A DNA stretch of 63,311 nt, the filler included, from Basidiobolus ranarum (Eukaryota), in assembly GCA_040143965.1 (NCBI GenBank). It is 24 parts of 24 records of this genome, joined end to end, with 100 filler letters (N's around TTAATTAATTAA, not from the genome) between each part and the next. Parts side by side here need not be neighbours in the genome. Positions count along the whole stretch, not along the records: positions 50,244 to 52,780 come from JASJQH010003230.1; positions 52,881 to 55,417 come from JASJQH010003231.1; positions 55,518 to 58,049 come from JASJQH010003232.1; positions 58,150 to 60,681 come from JASJQH010003233.1; positions 60,782 to 63,311 come from JASJQH010003234.1; 19 more parts are not named here. One strand, 5' to 3'. The notes under the pieces are model-generated. The model made no database searches. It was given only the letters and a program-made list of their open reading frames with translations, and was not told where the DNA came from. Numbering within the stretch: position 1 is the stretch's first letter; the number at the start of each line of letters is the position of its first letter. Below, in pieces: positions 50,782-63,311 of this stretch. The position numbers and the translations under genes are program-made.

Positions 50782-51900
50782 TTTGAAAATCTACTGATCT
50801 TTGAAACGAAAAACTGAACCAAGTCAAACTTAGAAATCGGGCATCCATTGAGCAAACAACTCAGAGATTTCATTGATATGTATCACGTGCCAAAATGATT
50901 AATACTAACCCTAATAATCTCTACAAATGTTAATTGCTGCGTCACTAAATGATGGAAAATGAGCTTTTTCATATAGAATTCAACTGATCCACATAAAATG
51001 GCGGCTACCAATGCGATGATTGGATATGCCCAGAAGACTCAATCCTCGGAATCATTTAGCATATTGCGATTCCATCATTCTCTACATGTGTGTTATTTAC
51101 CACATACTATATACTTCTGTGCGGTTTTATCTTTGACTAAATGTCAGCAGAATTTTATTGGGCATTTAGGAAGAGAGCGTGGACAGAGCCTGCAATAGAG
51201 GTCAGGTTGAGTCAATGTTGAATGGAATGGGTTAGGGTTAGGGATACTCTAGGATTAGCGAATCAGGGTATAGTAAATCAATGACATGTGATCACTGGGG
51301 TTAGGGGAGAGCAGCCTCACCTTGGTGATTTAGGGTTATCTAGGAAGATTCCAAATCATCTTGCACCAAGGTGGCCTCAAAAGAAGTCTAACCCTGAATA
51401 TCTAAATCACCAGATGTTCGCCAGAAAATAGCTATTTTGAGTTGCTATAGGGACTGGCTTGGGACATCCTAGAACTTGACACCTAGAGTGGCTTGATCTC
51501 TCCAGAATGTATGAAACCTACGCGATTGATGAGAATGCATCTCATTGGTGATGATTGACATAGGTGAATTACAAATTAACATACCTCATATCCTCCATAT
51601 CAAGACCATTTCCTTATCTTGCTAACATGAACACTTGTTGGGTCATTATACGGTCATTTATTTAATGTCAAGTGAGAAAAGCTTTATACAAAAATGAGTG
51701 ATTACAGGTGGATGGCTTGAGAGAATATGAACAAGTATATCCCTTTTTCTGCTCAAAATTGATGATGGATAGTATAGCTACTATAGAAAAATGAAGTTGA
51801 ATATAGAAGTGAGGAGAGAAGAGAGAGAGGGGTGTATGAAGGAAAAATTAGAGTAATGGGTATCCCTCTAATGGGAAGTAAAGTGGTCGGTTCCCTCTAA

Positions 51901-52599
51901 TCAAGTATGGTAGCATATCACCGGTTGTAGTGGAGATACTATCATGGGCGAGCTTTTCTCAGGCGCCGTAAAAGATAACCTGCGTGCTATGGAGGCGTGT
52001 GGCTCAGGCATCTTGCCTTTATCTGTAGACAAGACATAAACGGTCTCTGCTTTAGGATGAATACGAGTTGGAGTAGCCTCCTCATCGTCTGTAACAGGCA
52101 TTGAGTAATCTGAATCAGTAGCAGAACTGCTGGTACTTGCGTGGGACACAACGGATTGTAAAGACTGAGTTTTTCTGAAATCTGGCTTGGTAGCAAGCTT
52201 GGAAGCACTGGGGCCAGGGTAGCTAATCGCACGAAGGTTGGTTTTGGTAGGTGTATTTAGAATGGTAGGCTTCGGACGTAGACTTGTTACATAGTCAATA
52301 AAATCGTCCTTTATGTCCTCACATGAACTAGCGATTGATTCTTCAGACTTAGAGTGCGCGTCAGTGATGTAGGATTCCAATTGAAAATCATCCAATACTT
52401 CTTCAATAACACTTCTGTTGCTTCGAAGGAAGTCACTTGAAACGCACTCACGAGAGAGCGTAGTAAGATCCTCGATTGTTAACTTGGTCATATGTAACGG
52501 GCCATCAGTGACGAAGCGTCTCCCTTGGATGGTTGATTGAAAGTATTTGTTCAAAAACTTGGTTTTGGAGGAGGCTAATTCAACCAACATAATTCGCAA
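51901..52599 (-). CDS. Hypothetical Ser/Thr/Pro-rich protein (likely ATG at 52590 or 52491)
   Basis: Long open frame, normal CpG content, TATATAAA upstream at ~52745. Confidence 0.7.
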   Translation of the reverse strand: MRIMLVELASSKTKFLNKYFQSTIQGRRFVTDGPLHMTKLTIEDLTTLSRECVSSDFLRSNRSVIEEVLDDFQLESYITDAHSKSEESIASSCEDIKDDFIDYVTSLRPKPTILNTPTKTNLRAISYPGPSASKLATKPDFRKTQSLQSVVSHASTSSSATDSDYSMPVTDDEEATPTRIHPKAETVYVLSTDKGKMPEPHASIARRLSFTAPEKSSPMIVSPLQPVICYHT

Positions 52600-52880
52600 A
52601 TACTAATGAATGAGCGGTGGAGATATGTTTTTCTAGTACGCAAAAAGTACTAGTGCAACTGTGCGTGCGACTTGAAGAGGAGGGGGAAGAATAAGAAGCT
52701 TTTCTTAGGATGTGTGTTCCGTCAAACCAGTTACCCGACAATTTATATACGATCACCTAGGCGGCAAAAATCTACTCACTNNNNNNNNNNNNNNNNNNNN
52801 NNNNNNNNNNNNNNNNNNNNNNNNTTAATTAATTAANNNNNNNNNNNNNNNNNNNNNNNNNNNNNNNNNNNNNNNNNNNN

Positions 52881-54680
52881 CTCTCAAAGCTATTCACTAC
52901 TCCACTTTTCTAAAGTTCCTCCAAACAGCCCATATTTTCCCAATTATTCTGGCTCAAAAATGCTCTAAAATGGAACCCAACAGCAGAAAATACATATATC
53001 TGGGTTACTGTGATAGATCTCAAGCCTACAGACTGTTTGATACCAAGAACCAGAACTTAATTAAGTGCAAAGATGTAATTTTTGATGAAAAAGCAATTAT
53101 TTCACCTCAAATCACAGTTCTTGCTCCAGTAAACTCAATCAGCACTATTCAGGAAGTGTCTGACAAGATTCCAACTATATCTGAGCCCCATTCAACCAAT
53201 ATCACAGCCTTAATTGTATCAGCAGATGATTCCAGACCTTGAAGATCATTTGAAGGTGGAATAAGCCAGGAAACTTGTGGGACATTTCCAATGATGATTT
53301 CTATGCTTATGCAGCATTTAGTGATAAACCACAGACTTGAGGTCAAGCTCTGGAGTTTCCAGAATCAAGATTATGGGAAAAGCAATGTCTCATGAGTTTT
53401 CTTGATAACAGGACAATAAGTTGGTAGCAAATGGGTCTACAAAGTCAAAAACCCAACTAATGGAATTACAGAAAGGTACAAAGTAAGATTAGTTGCAAAA
53501 GGTTATTCCCAGACTCCAGCTCTTGAGTTTATTGAAACTTTTGCCCCCTGTTGCTAAGTCTAGCACCATTATATCAATTATGGCACTCTCAGCCACCCAT
53601 AACCTTGATCTATATTAGAAGGATATTAAAACAGCCTTTCTGAATGGAAATCTGGAAAAAGATATTCATGTGGAGCAACCAAAAAGGATTTGTTGAGCTA
53701 AAACACCCTGATATGGTCTGTAAACTGCAAAAATTGCTCTAGGGACCAAAGCAAGCAACCAGGGCATGGTACAACAATATAGATTTCTATTTGAAATTAC
53801 TGAAATTCAAAATATGCACATCAGAGTATAGTACTTATAGCAAAGTAACCAGAAGTAGAATCCTTTTCTTGGCACTATATGTTAATCCCTTGATCATAGC
53901 CACAAATGATCTAAAATCAATTAATCAGACAAGAAGCAACTTATCAAACCAATTTCAGATGACTGGAATGGGTGAGTTAATCTATTTCCTTGTAATCCAA
54001 ATTAAGAGAGATAAACCTAATCAAAAAATCATGCTGAATCAGTCTAGAAACATCCTAGACATCTTAAAATCTTCAACATGGATAATAGCATGCTGTATCA
54101 ACACCAAGGGATCCCAATGTGAAATTAATCAAATTTTCTCCAATTTGGCCCCAAATGATTCTGCCACTCCTGATGAACAAAATTTTGAAGGCTGTGTTGA
54201 TGCTGACTGAGGAAGAAACCTTGATACTAGAGGATCAACAACTGGGTACACTTTCTTCCATGGCAATGGAGCCATAACTACAAATAGTAAGAGGCAAACA
54301 GCCATTGCACTTTCCATCACAGGAGCTGAGTATATGGCTGCCTCTGCTAATACACATGAAGCTATGTGGTGTGGGAAGCTATTTACAGACCCAGGATATA
54401 TGCAAAAATGTGGTATTACTTTATTTACAGACATAGGATACATGCAAAAGCATGCAATTAATATATTTGAAGTTAATCTAAGAAGTATTTAATTAGCTAA
54501 AAACTCTACATTGCATGCTAGAACAAAACATATAGTTATTAGGTGTCATTTTGTTACAGCAGCAATACAGAATGATACAGTTGAACTTGGCTATTGCAAT
54601 ATTGAAGAAACTATTGTTGACATCTTAACCTAACCATTTGCTAATGCATAATATGAACTATTAAGACATAAGTTAGGTTA
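52881..54680 (+). mobile_element. Degenerate Ty1/copia pol (integrase C-term, RT, RNase H), preceded by an LTR-end fragment
   Basis: YLGYCDRSQAYRL, KWVYKVK, RYKVRLVAKGYSQ, DIKTAFLNG, LYVN, DAD*G...STTGY, AEYMA. Confidence 0.9.
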
Positions 54681-54713
54681 AAGAAAAATACAAAATGATT
54701 TGTTGAGTAGCAG

Positions 54714-55062
54714 AGTTGAAATTAGGTAAGTAGCTCCTTATCATTTAGTAGTTAGTTTATTCAAATTCTGATGATTTAGCAGTCAATTCTTCAATCTAGA
54801 ATGTGTGTCTTTTGCTCTAATTGATAGAAATATTAACCATATTACTCTTGTTTCTTTTGGCTATTTTTACAAAATGGCTCCAAATCACCTCCAATTTTCA
54901 CCAATGCTTAACTGGCATGTTTTTATGATCTTGGCATGTCCAATAGTCTTATCTTGTACTAAGCTATAAATAGGACATATTCAATTTAATAAAAAATATG
55001 TGTCTAATTGACAAACCCAAATCTTGTCCAAATCATGTCCAAATCCCAAAAACACTTAAACA
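54714..55062 (+). mobile_element. 3' LTR of that copia element
   Basis: Follows a purine tract; contains CTATAAATAGG; its 3' part matches 59095-59197, which precedes a PBS. Confidence 0.65.
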
Positions 55063-58000
55063 CATACATAAATATAGTAGAAAGTTTGATATGAATGAGC
55101 CATTTGAAATATGATCAAAGCTGAAATCAATTGAGAAAATGCTTGGAAACTGTTGGAAGATCTTGACATAATGGGGGTAGAATTTGAGTATTAGAAACAA
55201 CTTATGATAGTGCATTTTTAGTTACTTTATTCCTAAGAGTATATGGTGCCTTACATAGTAGAAAAGTAAATCAATTGTTCGAGATATTCAGGAGTTGGTA
55301 TAATCAGATGTAATAGATAAGTGGGGGTAATAAGACATACTTGTTATATAGATATAGAGATATTCCTATTTAGAATATAGGGGCTATAGATACATTGCTT
55401 TCTGTTTCTGATATATGNNNNNNNNNNNNNNNNNNNNNNNNNNNNNNNNNNNNNNNNNNNNTTAATTAATTAANNNNNNNNNNNNNNNNNNNNNNNNNNN
55501 NNNNNNNNNNNNNNNNNTTGAGGTGCACTTGGATAACAACCATGACCATATAAAGCAAACACGACAATAGGAATGTCTATGTTGGGATTATCTCTCATAT
55601 GTAAGGGTTGGTATAGTTCAAGATCCCTGAGCACATTTCATATATATTAGGTAATTTGGCATCCAGAGTTTGTGGCAGAACAGTTTATAGGGTTAGCTAA
55701 ATTTAACTTGTGTATAACATGTAGTGCAATACGCAAAGGATTAACTTTACAATGGCGTGGCTTTAGCGTGGGTGAAGGTGGGATAACATGATGGCAATCG
55801 CAAGTTTCTGTGCAAGAATATGTGTTACACTTTGAGCCAAATGCTTGTACTCATGCAGAAAGCCTGGATCCGAGGTCTACAGTACTCGGAATCCATCTGG
55901 ACTCAATACGACTGTAATACCTGTTTTTTGTAGTTCAGAACTTGTCCATTCTATTCAAATAGCTTACAAACCGATGACACAAGCAGGTCAATATTTGAAA
56001 CTCTTAAATCAAGCTTGCATTATTGCATGAAGGCCTGTGAGTTGGTGATACCGGCTGCAAGTCACATATTTTAATTAGGTCTTTCAGTTCCATCATCCAG
56101 TAACAAATGGAAAATGCTGACATCTGGCCAATCAATTCCGGAAAATTGGCACTGAATTGGAGCAAAAGATGCCTAGTACCTTAGTTGCTGTAAATTATAT
56201 AGCATTCTGCCACACACACTAAAAGTTGCAATTATTGATAATCTAGTGTTGCTGAGTATCAGCAAGTCAAGGTTGTTAATATTGTGGGGTATGCCTACAA
56301 CAACCCTAACCAGGATATCTTTCTCATTGGTGTTGTGATGTGTACCCTCTCCCGTCGCACTGCTTGTTTTCTGCTTCAGATAGTGAAAATCTGAACCGTT
56401 CATTCTCTCATAAACTGGGAAAGAACTAACAAAAGTCATGATTGGTATCTGATTGCTGCTAGCCTGGAGCTCATGGTACTATGTATATCTGTCTAGTTTG
56501 GTTAGAAATATCAGTTATGTGAAGCTAAACACTAGTGGCTCAATTTGTCTAAGTGGATATTTTCGTATGTTATATGTATAGTTACATGTTAAATGTGGGA
56601 ATGCTGATTCAAAAAGATTTATTTTTCAATTACATTCTTGTATTTGAAAACTTCAGTATTTTGCTAATATTTGGCTCTTTCCAACATTGATAAACTTGAA
56701 AAACATTTGATAGTTTCATTAATGTCAATAGTATGACCTTACTCTTTAAATATTTAATAGCTGCATAAGACGGCACAATGTAACAAGCACAAGGCTGTGC
56801 ACAGTATATAAGTATGAGTTCATTTAGATATTTGGCAACATTCTGAAATGTTGCAGGAAATACTGAATATATATCTACGCAATAGTTCCCGTTTTGATTT
56901 CACTTGATTCGGGGGTTAATATTACAAACATCGATGTACAAATCACTCATGTACGGTGTGTTAGGCAACATTACGAAATATAGCTGAATAACTGACAAAG
57001 TTTTTATATCTCACAAACTCTCAGTTCTTGTAACATTTTTCATGTTCTATATTACCCAGACCTGACAACTCCGACCTCATCGCCATGAACCCAGAAATGT
57101 ATAGTTAAAGTTTTGATTTTAAAATACTTGGTGACACCTTACATACTGGAAATTTATACTGATAGTGATAGCCTGAGTGGTATAATTGTACCAAGTTGGA
57201 GAATGCAGGCAAGATGGCAATATTCTTGCATTGGATAATGTTTCTTACCATAAAGAAAATTTGTCAAAGATTAATACGTAGTGTATTTAGAATGGAATAC
57301 TACTTCATTTTAAGCCCAAGTTGCTTTTCTTACCCTACGCCAAAAAGATTACATATAGTTTTGAAATTATAATCGAAGTATGCATTGTAATATTCTTGTC
57401 CTAAAAAATAAACAAAAATAGAAAAATATCAGTAGGAATATAACTGGGCAACATAGGGTGAGATATTTAGACAGATGAAAGACTTCACCTGGCTTGAATT
57501 TCTTATATATTGAAATATGTGATTTAAATAGCAACGTAATATCAAATATATCAAGCAAATAATGACATGAGGGATTGCATTCCTCAAACTCCCTGCTTTC
57601 TTTTATACATGGAGGATTGCACCCCGTACCCCTACTTCTCTTACTTTCATACCGTTAACCCAGAAGAACTACAAAACTGATTGCTGGGCTCATAAGGCGG
57701 TATCTCTTCAGCAATAGACTTGTCCATAGTCGTAGTAGAAGGTTGTATATGCAGCATTACAAGTTAAGATTTTCAAACTTCGCAAAGCCAACAGTATTGA
57801 AAATGGATTTCAAATGGATTTGATATTTTCGAAAGCATTTGCTCGTAATCTCTACTTTAAGCGTTAAACGATGTGAAGTTTATTTTGTTAATTTCAGAGT
57901 TATGTAATATTTGATAGATTCTTCAGCACATGCTTGTATCATACAAGTAGATACAGGTATCCACTTAATGACATAACTACTAGAGCGCTCACTGCAGAGA

Positions 58001-58149
58001 TGGCCTTGTTAGAGTCTGACCCATTAGCACGATTGTTGTTATTGCTGTTNNNNNNNNNNNNNNNNNNNNNNNNNNNNNNNNNNNNNNNNNNNNTTAATTA
58101 ATTAANNNNNNNNNNNNNNNNNNNNNNNNNNNNNNNNNNNNNNNNNNNN

Positions 58150-58328
58150 ATGCTATGCCTATATTGCTAGGGAATCTCAACCTAGTCTGTCAATGAATGG
58201 TACTTTTGCATATCAGCTATACAAGAAACTGATTGGACTTAGGATTTGTGTTCAGATGCAGTCACTATATTCCATATTTTCTTCTTTGGGAATTACTGCT
58301 TGTACCACAAGTCACCAGACTTTCAACG
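58150..58328 (-). mobile_element. Second, truncated copy of the tRNA-bearing LTR
   Basis: Homologous to 6413-6593; ends TTTCAAC(G); abuts CACTA ORF2. Confidence 0.8.
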
Positions 58329-59085
58329 CAATTCCCTTGTTGGAATAATTTCATCCAAAGTTTCTATGGTGGATTGTTCAGTAGTTGGCAAATTAGCACC
58401 TTGAAAGCTGATGGTCTCGACTGTGTTTCTGTTGATCTTTGCTCAACTACTGATTTACTAAGTAACTGGGGACTACCAGCTATTCACTTGCATTATTGCT
58501 GGAAAAGAAAACATCTGTCAAATTTGCTAATGCCACATCTATACTTCAATTAGTTTCCAGTATGTTCATGCCTTCCAAAGTGAATAGTGGATTGCTAGAC
58601 TGCTCATCAAATAAGTCCTCTGTTCTGGCTGGTTTTTTCCTTTTGTTCCAGCAAGCTTTTGCCTGGAGGCAAATTTTGATTGAGATTTTCAATGCTTTTT
58701 GAATGGCATTGAAATTTTCAGATGGTAAACTTGATGAAATGAAATTGCTTAGAAGCAGCCTATAATGAATCAAAATTGCCATCTGTTACCAGAAATATCT
58801 TGTAAATCCTCTCATGACTCATCTGTGACACCATCTCTGAATCAGCTGATGATATTTATGGGCTATACCTAGAATGCCACCCTTACATAGGAAGTGTACC
58901 TTTTCTACAATAACTTTCTTATGCCAAAACACAAACATTTAAAGAAGCCTAGCTATTGTTGTCACCAATTCTTGTGTTATGAAAGCCAGAGTCTTAATGG
59001 AAAACATAATCACAAGCACAGTCACTGCACATAGCCACCAGCTGTACAAAGACTGGTGAATATTAACAGCAATTAGTGCACTGAA
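58329..59085. mobile_element. CACTA ORF2 5' part, promoter and transposase start
   Basis: Homologous to 5308-5950. Confidence 0.8.
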
Positions 59086-59094
59086 TTTCATATT

Positions 59095-60681
59095 AAACTA
59101 TCAATAGGACATATTTAATCCAATAAAACTTTAGTGTCTAATTCACAAATCCAAATCTTGTCCAAAACACTTACAAATCCCCTAAACACTTTTATCAGGT
59201 TATGAGCCCCAAGCTAGCTGTCAAAGCAATGTCTACCAGTACTATTACCAATGTTTTTGCACTCACAGAAAAGTTGAATGGTGAGGGCTCTCAACTTTGG
59301 AGGTTCAAGAGGCAAATGGTGCTAGAAGACAAGGACCTTTGGGGATTTGTTACTGGAGAAGAAATAAAGCTTAAAGGACCACCAGAAGTTATCCATGCCC
59401 TTCAAAAGAAGCAGAGGAAAGGTCTATCCACAATTTATCTACATCTCAGAGATTCTCAATTGAGGCATGTAAAATAAGCCCAAATGACCAAAATGTTTCA
59501 ATCAGCCAAAAACATCCAAAATGCTTGGGAAACACTTGAGGGACTATATGAGACTAAAGTTCTGGCTAATAGGCTACATCTTGGGCAAGAATTATTCTCA
59601 ATTCAGATGAATCCTGATGATTATATGCTTAATCATATATGTTGGATTAAAACTATGGCAGATCAGCTCTCATCCATTGGAGCACCTCTATATGAAGACA
59701 ACTTAGTCATGACACTACTTAGAAGCCTGCCAGACATGTTTCAGAGCCACATAGCTGCCCTAGAATCAAGATCAGAGCCATTAACAATGAAATATGTTGG
59801 TGCTAGGCTTTTGAATGAAGAATTGAGGAGATCTATTCTCAGCAAAATCATGCAGAACAGGCATTTTTTGGAGCTGTAAAATGTCCAACAGGCTTGACTA
59901 ATGGTGCCCCTATTAGGAAATTAATCATCTGCAACTATTGCAAGAAACCAGGCCATTTAATCAAAGATTGCAGAAAAAGGATTTTTGCCAAAAAGCTAAA
60001 GTGGGATCAAGCAATCAAAGTAAACACTGATGGGGATCTTCTATTTGTGTCTGCCCTATCAGTAACCATCAAAGAAGACTCAGAAACATGGTACATTGAT
60101 TCAGGAGCTTCTCAGTATATGTCAAACAGGAAAGATTGGTTTTCCAGCTTAAAACCAATCCAAACAAGGAAAGTCTACTTAGGTGATGACTATGCACTAG
60201 ATGCAGTTGGTAAGGGCAAAGGTGTACTGAACTTAGACCAATGTTCAGCTACACCATCTACAAAATTGGATGATGTACTCTATGTACCAAATATAGCCAA
60301 GAATCCACTCTTAGTAAGCCAAGCAACAACTCAGGGACTAAATTTTGTGTTCAGTAAGGCTAGATGCAATATCAGAGATCACATAAATACCAAATTAGCC
60401 ACTGGGATTAAAACTCAAAACTCATAAAAGCTAGAAATCAGCAAATTTCATACTGGGCATGCAAACTTGGCCAAACCTGCTAATGTAAGTTGTCAAATGT
60501 GGCATAGAAGACTAGGCCACAATGGGGAACATAAATTGACCCAAATGATCCAAAATCAGCTTGTTTCAGGCTTGGAAATTGGAAATATCACTGAATTGAA
60601 TCTGTGTGAAGGTTGAATATATGGAAAAATCACCGACGCCCATTTTCAACCTCAGGAGATAACAAATCCACTCAGAGTTTT
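59095..60681 (+). mobile_element. Ty1/copia element 5' part: LTR end, PBS, gag, protease, pre-integrase (few stops)
   Basis: EKLNGEGSQLWRFK, LLRSLP, CNYCKKPGHLIKDC zinc knuckle, WYIDSGAS, WHRRLGH. Confidence 0.93.
59198..59209 (+). promoter_or_regulatory. Primer-binding site GGTTATGAGCCC (internal tRNA-iMet half)
   Basis: Directly follows LTR-terminal CA; complementary to the iMet anticodon arm GGGCTCATAACC. Confidence 0.85.
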
Positions 60682-60781
60682 NNNNNNNNNNNNNNNNNNN
60701 NNNNNNNNNNNNNNNNNNNNNNNNNTTAATTAATTAANNNNNNNNNNNNNNNNNNNNNNNNNNNNNNNNNNNNNNNNNNNN

Positions 60782-61090
60782 CTAATTCCTGCTTTAAAAC
60801 CTAAATGCTGTGACCGGCGTTCCACGCACTTACTCCCCCAAGGCGCCACTTCAGGTTCTCTAGAGACTACATCTTAAAGCTCCCTGTCTTCCAGCATGGT
60901 TTGCATCTTGAACTTCCAGAAATTGAAATTTTCTCCATCAAGCTTTTCACCACTTGAGTTAATAAAAGTGTTGGTAGTGGTTTCTGTCATGCTGTCAATT
61001 TTTGGAACACTGGGCTCATAAACTAATGGGAAAATATGGGCTGTTTGGAGGAGCTTTAGAAAAGTGGAGTTCTGAATAGCTGTGTGAGAT
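60782..61090 (-). mobile_element. Copia 5' LTR end, PBS (61012-61023) and gag start (ATG 60990)
   Basis: GEKLDGENFNFWKFKMQTMLEDREL*; the LTR piece matches 52881-52945. Confidence 0.8.
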
Positions 61091-61499
61091 AATTATTTAC
61101 TGTCCAGAAATAGAGCATTCATACATTTGGGTGGAAGTACAGAAAACTAACACTGGGGTTGTCACAATAAGGAACTGGACAAGGACTGGGAACAACAACA
61201 AGATGCTAGAAGGCCGGAGAGTACTTGGGTGTAGACCACAAGACAAGACTGGACAAGGAAGATACTTTGGCCAGGATCTTTATTGATAACTGGTGTTGAT
61301 CAGACTGAGGTCTGATCAAGGAATACATGGGGCTTATATAAATATTGCAAGGTGAAACATAATATACTCAATAGGGAATATACTGTGGCAAGTTCCAGAG
61401 TTGGGGTGTTGGGGACTACAAGGACCAATACAAAGAGGAATGATGTAAGGATGATCTGGTGACCTTCCATGGAAGGTCTTGGTGGAAATACACTATGTT

Positions 61500-62564
61500 T
61501 GGGATGACATGATTGGTTAGGCTTCATGGAATGTTCAAAAGAACATGAATTCCATATAAGGTAATCTGGATGAACTAACACAAGATTGCAAGGAGGGAAG
61601 GCACAGCAGATATGATGTCATAATCTAATAATAGAGGAGTTCTATTTGCAGTGGATTGGTACGCCAAGATCAAAATCATGACACTAATAGTGGTGATCCC
61701 ATGTACTATCTTGGTGTCCAAATTAAGATAGACAAAACTACCTGAAAATAACTTTAAACCAGTCAAAGTATATCCTATATACTTACAAACTTTAAAATAG
61801 AAGAACATAATCCAGTTTCTCCTCCAATGGAGACAAATCTTAACTTGACCAGAAATGGCTCAGATCAGACATTCTGGGATTCAAAAGAAAGCCAGATATT
61901 TTCTTATCAATCTATGGTTGGTAGTTTGATGTATATCATGGTTGCAAGATGGCCCAATAGTGCATATTCTGTGGGAGTTATTTGCCAATATCTTCAAAAT
62001 TATAGATCTGATCAAATCATAGCAGTTAAGTGGATTTTCAGGTATTTGAAAGGTACTGTGGATCTGTGCTTACAATAGATACATTCTGAATCAAACTCTG
62101 ATCTGATGGGATATTCAAATGCAAATTGGGGAAGAGATATTAGAGTCAGGAGATCTACAACAGGATACTTATTTCTTTGCTATAATGGAGCTATTTCTTG
62201 GAATTTAAAGAAACAATCTACCATAGCACTTTCAATAACAGAAGCAGAATATATATCTGCTGGTGAGGCAACAGAAGAAGCAACATGGATAAGCAAACTC
62301 TTAACAGATTTGGGCTATTCCCAAAATTTGCCCACTATAATACTTCAAGATAGTCAAAGTGGTATCAAATTAGCTAGAAATTCAATGTTTCATTCTAGAT
62401 GCAAACATATAGATATTAAGCATCATTTTATTATAGAGAGTATAGAAAATGAGCTTATTGACTTAACTTGTTGTTCTACAGAAGATATGATTGCTGATAT
62501 ATTAACCAAAGCACTAGCTAGACAGAAATTTGAGAAATTCAGATCTCTCTTAGGATTAGTTTAG
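61500..62564 (+). mobile_element. Degenerate copia RT/RNase H
   Basis: YQSMVGSLMY, GYSNANWG..RRSTTGY, EAEY, KHIDIKHHFI, ADILTK. Confidence 0.92.
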
Positions 62565-62587
62565 ATGACTATTTAGTTGAGGGAAAG

Positions 62588-62908
62588 TGTTGAAATAAGC
62601 ATTGCCTAAGCACCCATATAGTTGTATATAGCTTATTATTTAGTTAACTTATATTTCACTAACATATTATGCATTTTTCTCAATCAGAATTTACTTTAAA
62701 TAATATTACTAACTTAGAAGTTCTCAAAGATATACATTTTTAAGCTTTTGCTAGAAGCCACACTCTTAGCACACATGTTCCTGGGACCATACTTACATCT
62801 CGACAAAAGTACAAATATCAACTCTGCACTAAATATATCATCAGGTGAAAACCACCAATTCTATTGGTTCTCCATATTACTTCCAACAACCCCCAAAATA
62901 CTTCAACA
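62588..62908 (+). mobile_element. Copia 3' LTR (family A, 321 bp) after PPT TTGAGGGAAAG
   Basis: TGTTGAAAT...ACTTCAACA. Confidence 0.9.
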
Positions 62909-62990
62909 ATTGCTGGTTGGGCCTATATAAATGCATCATTGTGATTTGGCATTGATCTATTTGTTCTAATACTAGTTTATATATTACAAG

Positions 62991-63311
62991 TGTTAAAGTA
63001 TTTGGGAGCCTGTTGGAAGTTGTTTGGAGAATTAGAGGAATTGGTGGTTTTGACTTATTGATTTATTGAGTAGAAAGTTCACATTTATAGTTATGTCAAC
63101 ATGTAAACAAACTAATGTGTAGAATATGTTAAGGAAGGTCCCAGGAACATGTGTGCAAAGTTTGGGTCTTCCAGCAAAAGTTTGAAAAATCTAAATATCT
63201 GAGAACTTCTAAGTTGGTGTCAATATTCTAAGTAAATTCCGATTGAGAATAATTGATAATATCTTAGTGAATTATAAGGTAACTAAGTACTAAGCTATAT
63301 ATGACTATATA
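62991..63311 (-). mobile_element. Family A LTR in inverted orientation
   Basis: Reverse-complement homolog of 62588-62908 and 40340-40680. Confidence 0.85.

Noticed and set aside
55518-58049. Short ORFs and a CTGGGCTCATAA iMet-like match at ~57684
   Set aside because: No recognisable domains, cloverleaf or adjacent LTR.
2555-60781. Regularly spaced TTAATTAATTAA as a biological array; ORFs running into X or ending LIN
   Set aside because: Synthetic spacer between size-sorted contigs. Cross-contig gene neighbourhoods are artefacts.

Overview
This is not one continuous locus. It is 24 unrelated short contigs, sorted by decreasing length (2554 down to 2530 bp) and joined by identical artificial 100-nt spacers (44 N + TTAATTAATTAA + 44 N), so adjacency across a spacer means nothing. 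The DNA is AT-rich and eukaryotic, with short GT-AG introns and CTAAC-type branch points. It is fungal, plausibly from an early-diverging lineage (inference). Host genes: two 3-exon HSF-domain paralogs plus a relic third, a tandem array of secreted Cys-rich proteins, a 94-aa 10-Cys secreted peptide, a GT17 (MGAT3-like) glycosyltransferase, the 5' end of glucosylceramide synthase, tandem NADPH alkenal/PTGR-like reductases, a His/Asp-rich secreted protein, the 5' end of Doa10/MARCH6 and one hypothetical protein. Roughly half of the window is decayed, strongly CpG-depleted transposon DNA: a two-gene divergent CACTA (Transposase_21) family in 11 contigs, a Harbinger/ISL2EU-like element, several Ty1/copia pieces and several LTR families. 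The best-supported unusual element is a 283-bp solo LTR with a 5-bp target-site duplication (TSD) that carries a full-length tRNA-like Pol III cassette (Helenus/TRIMp3-like).
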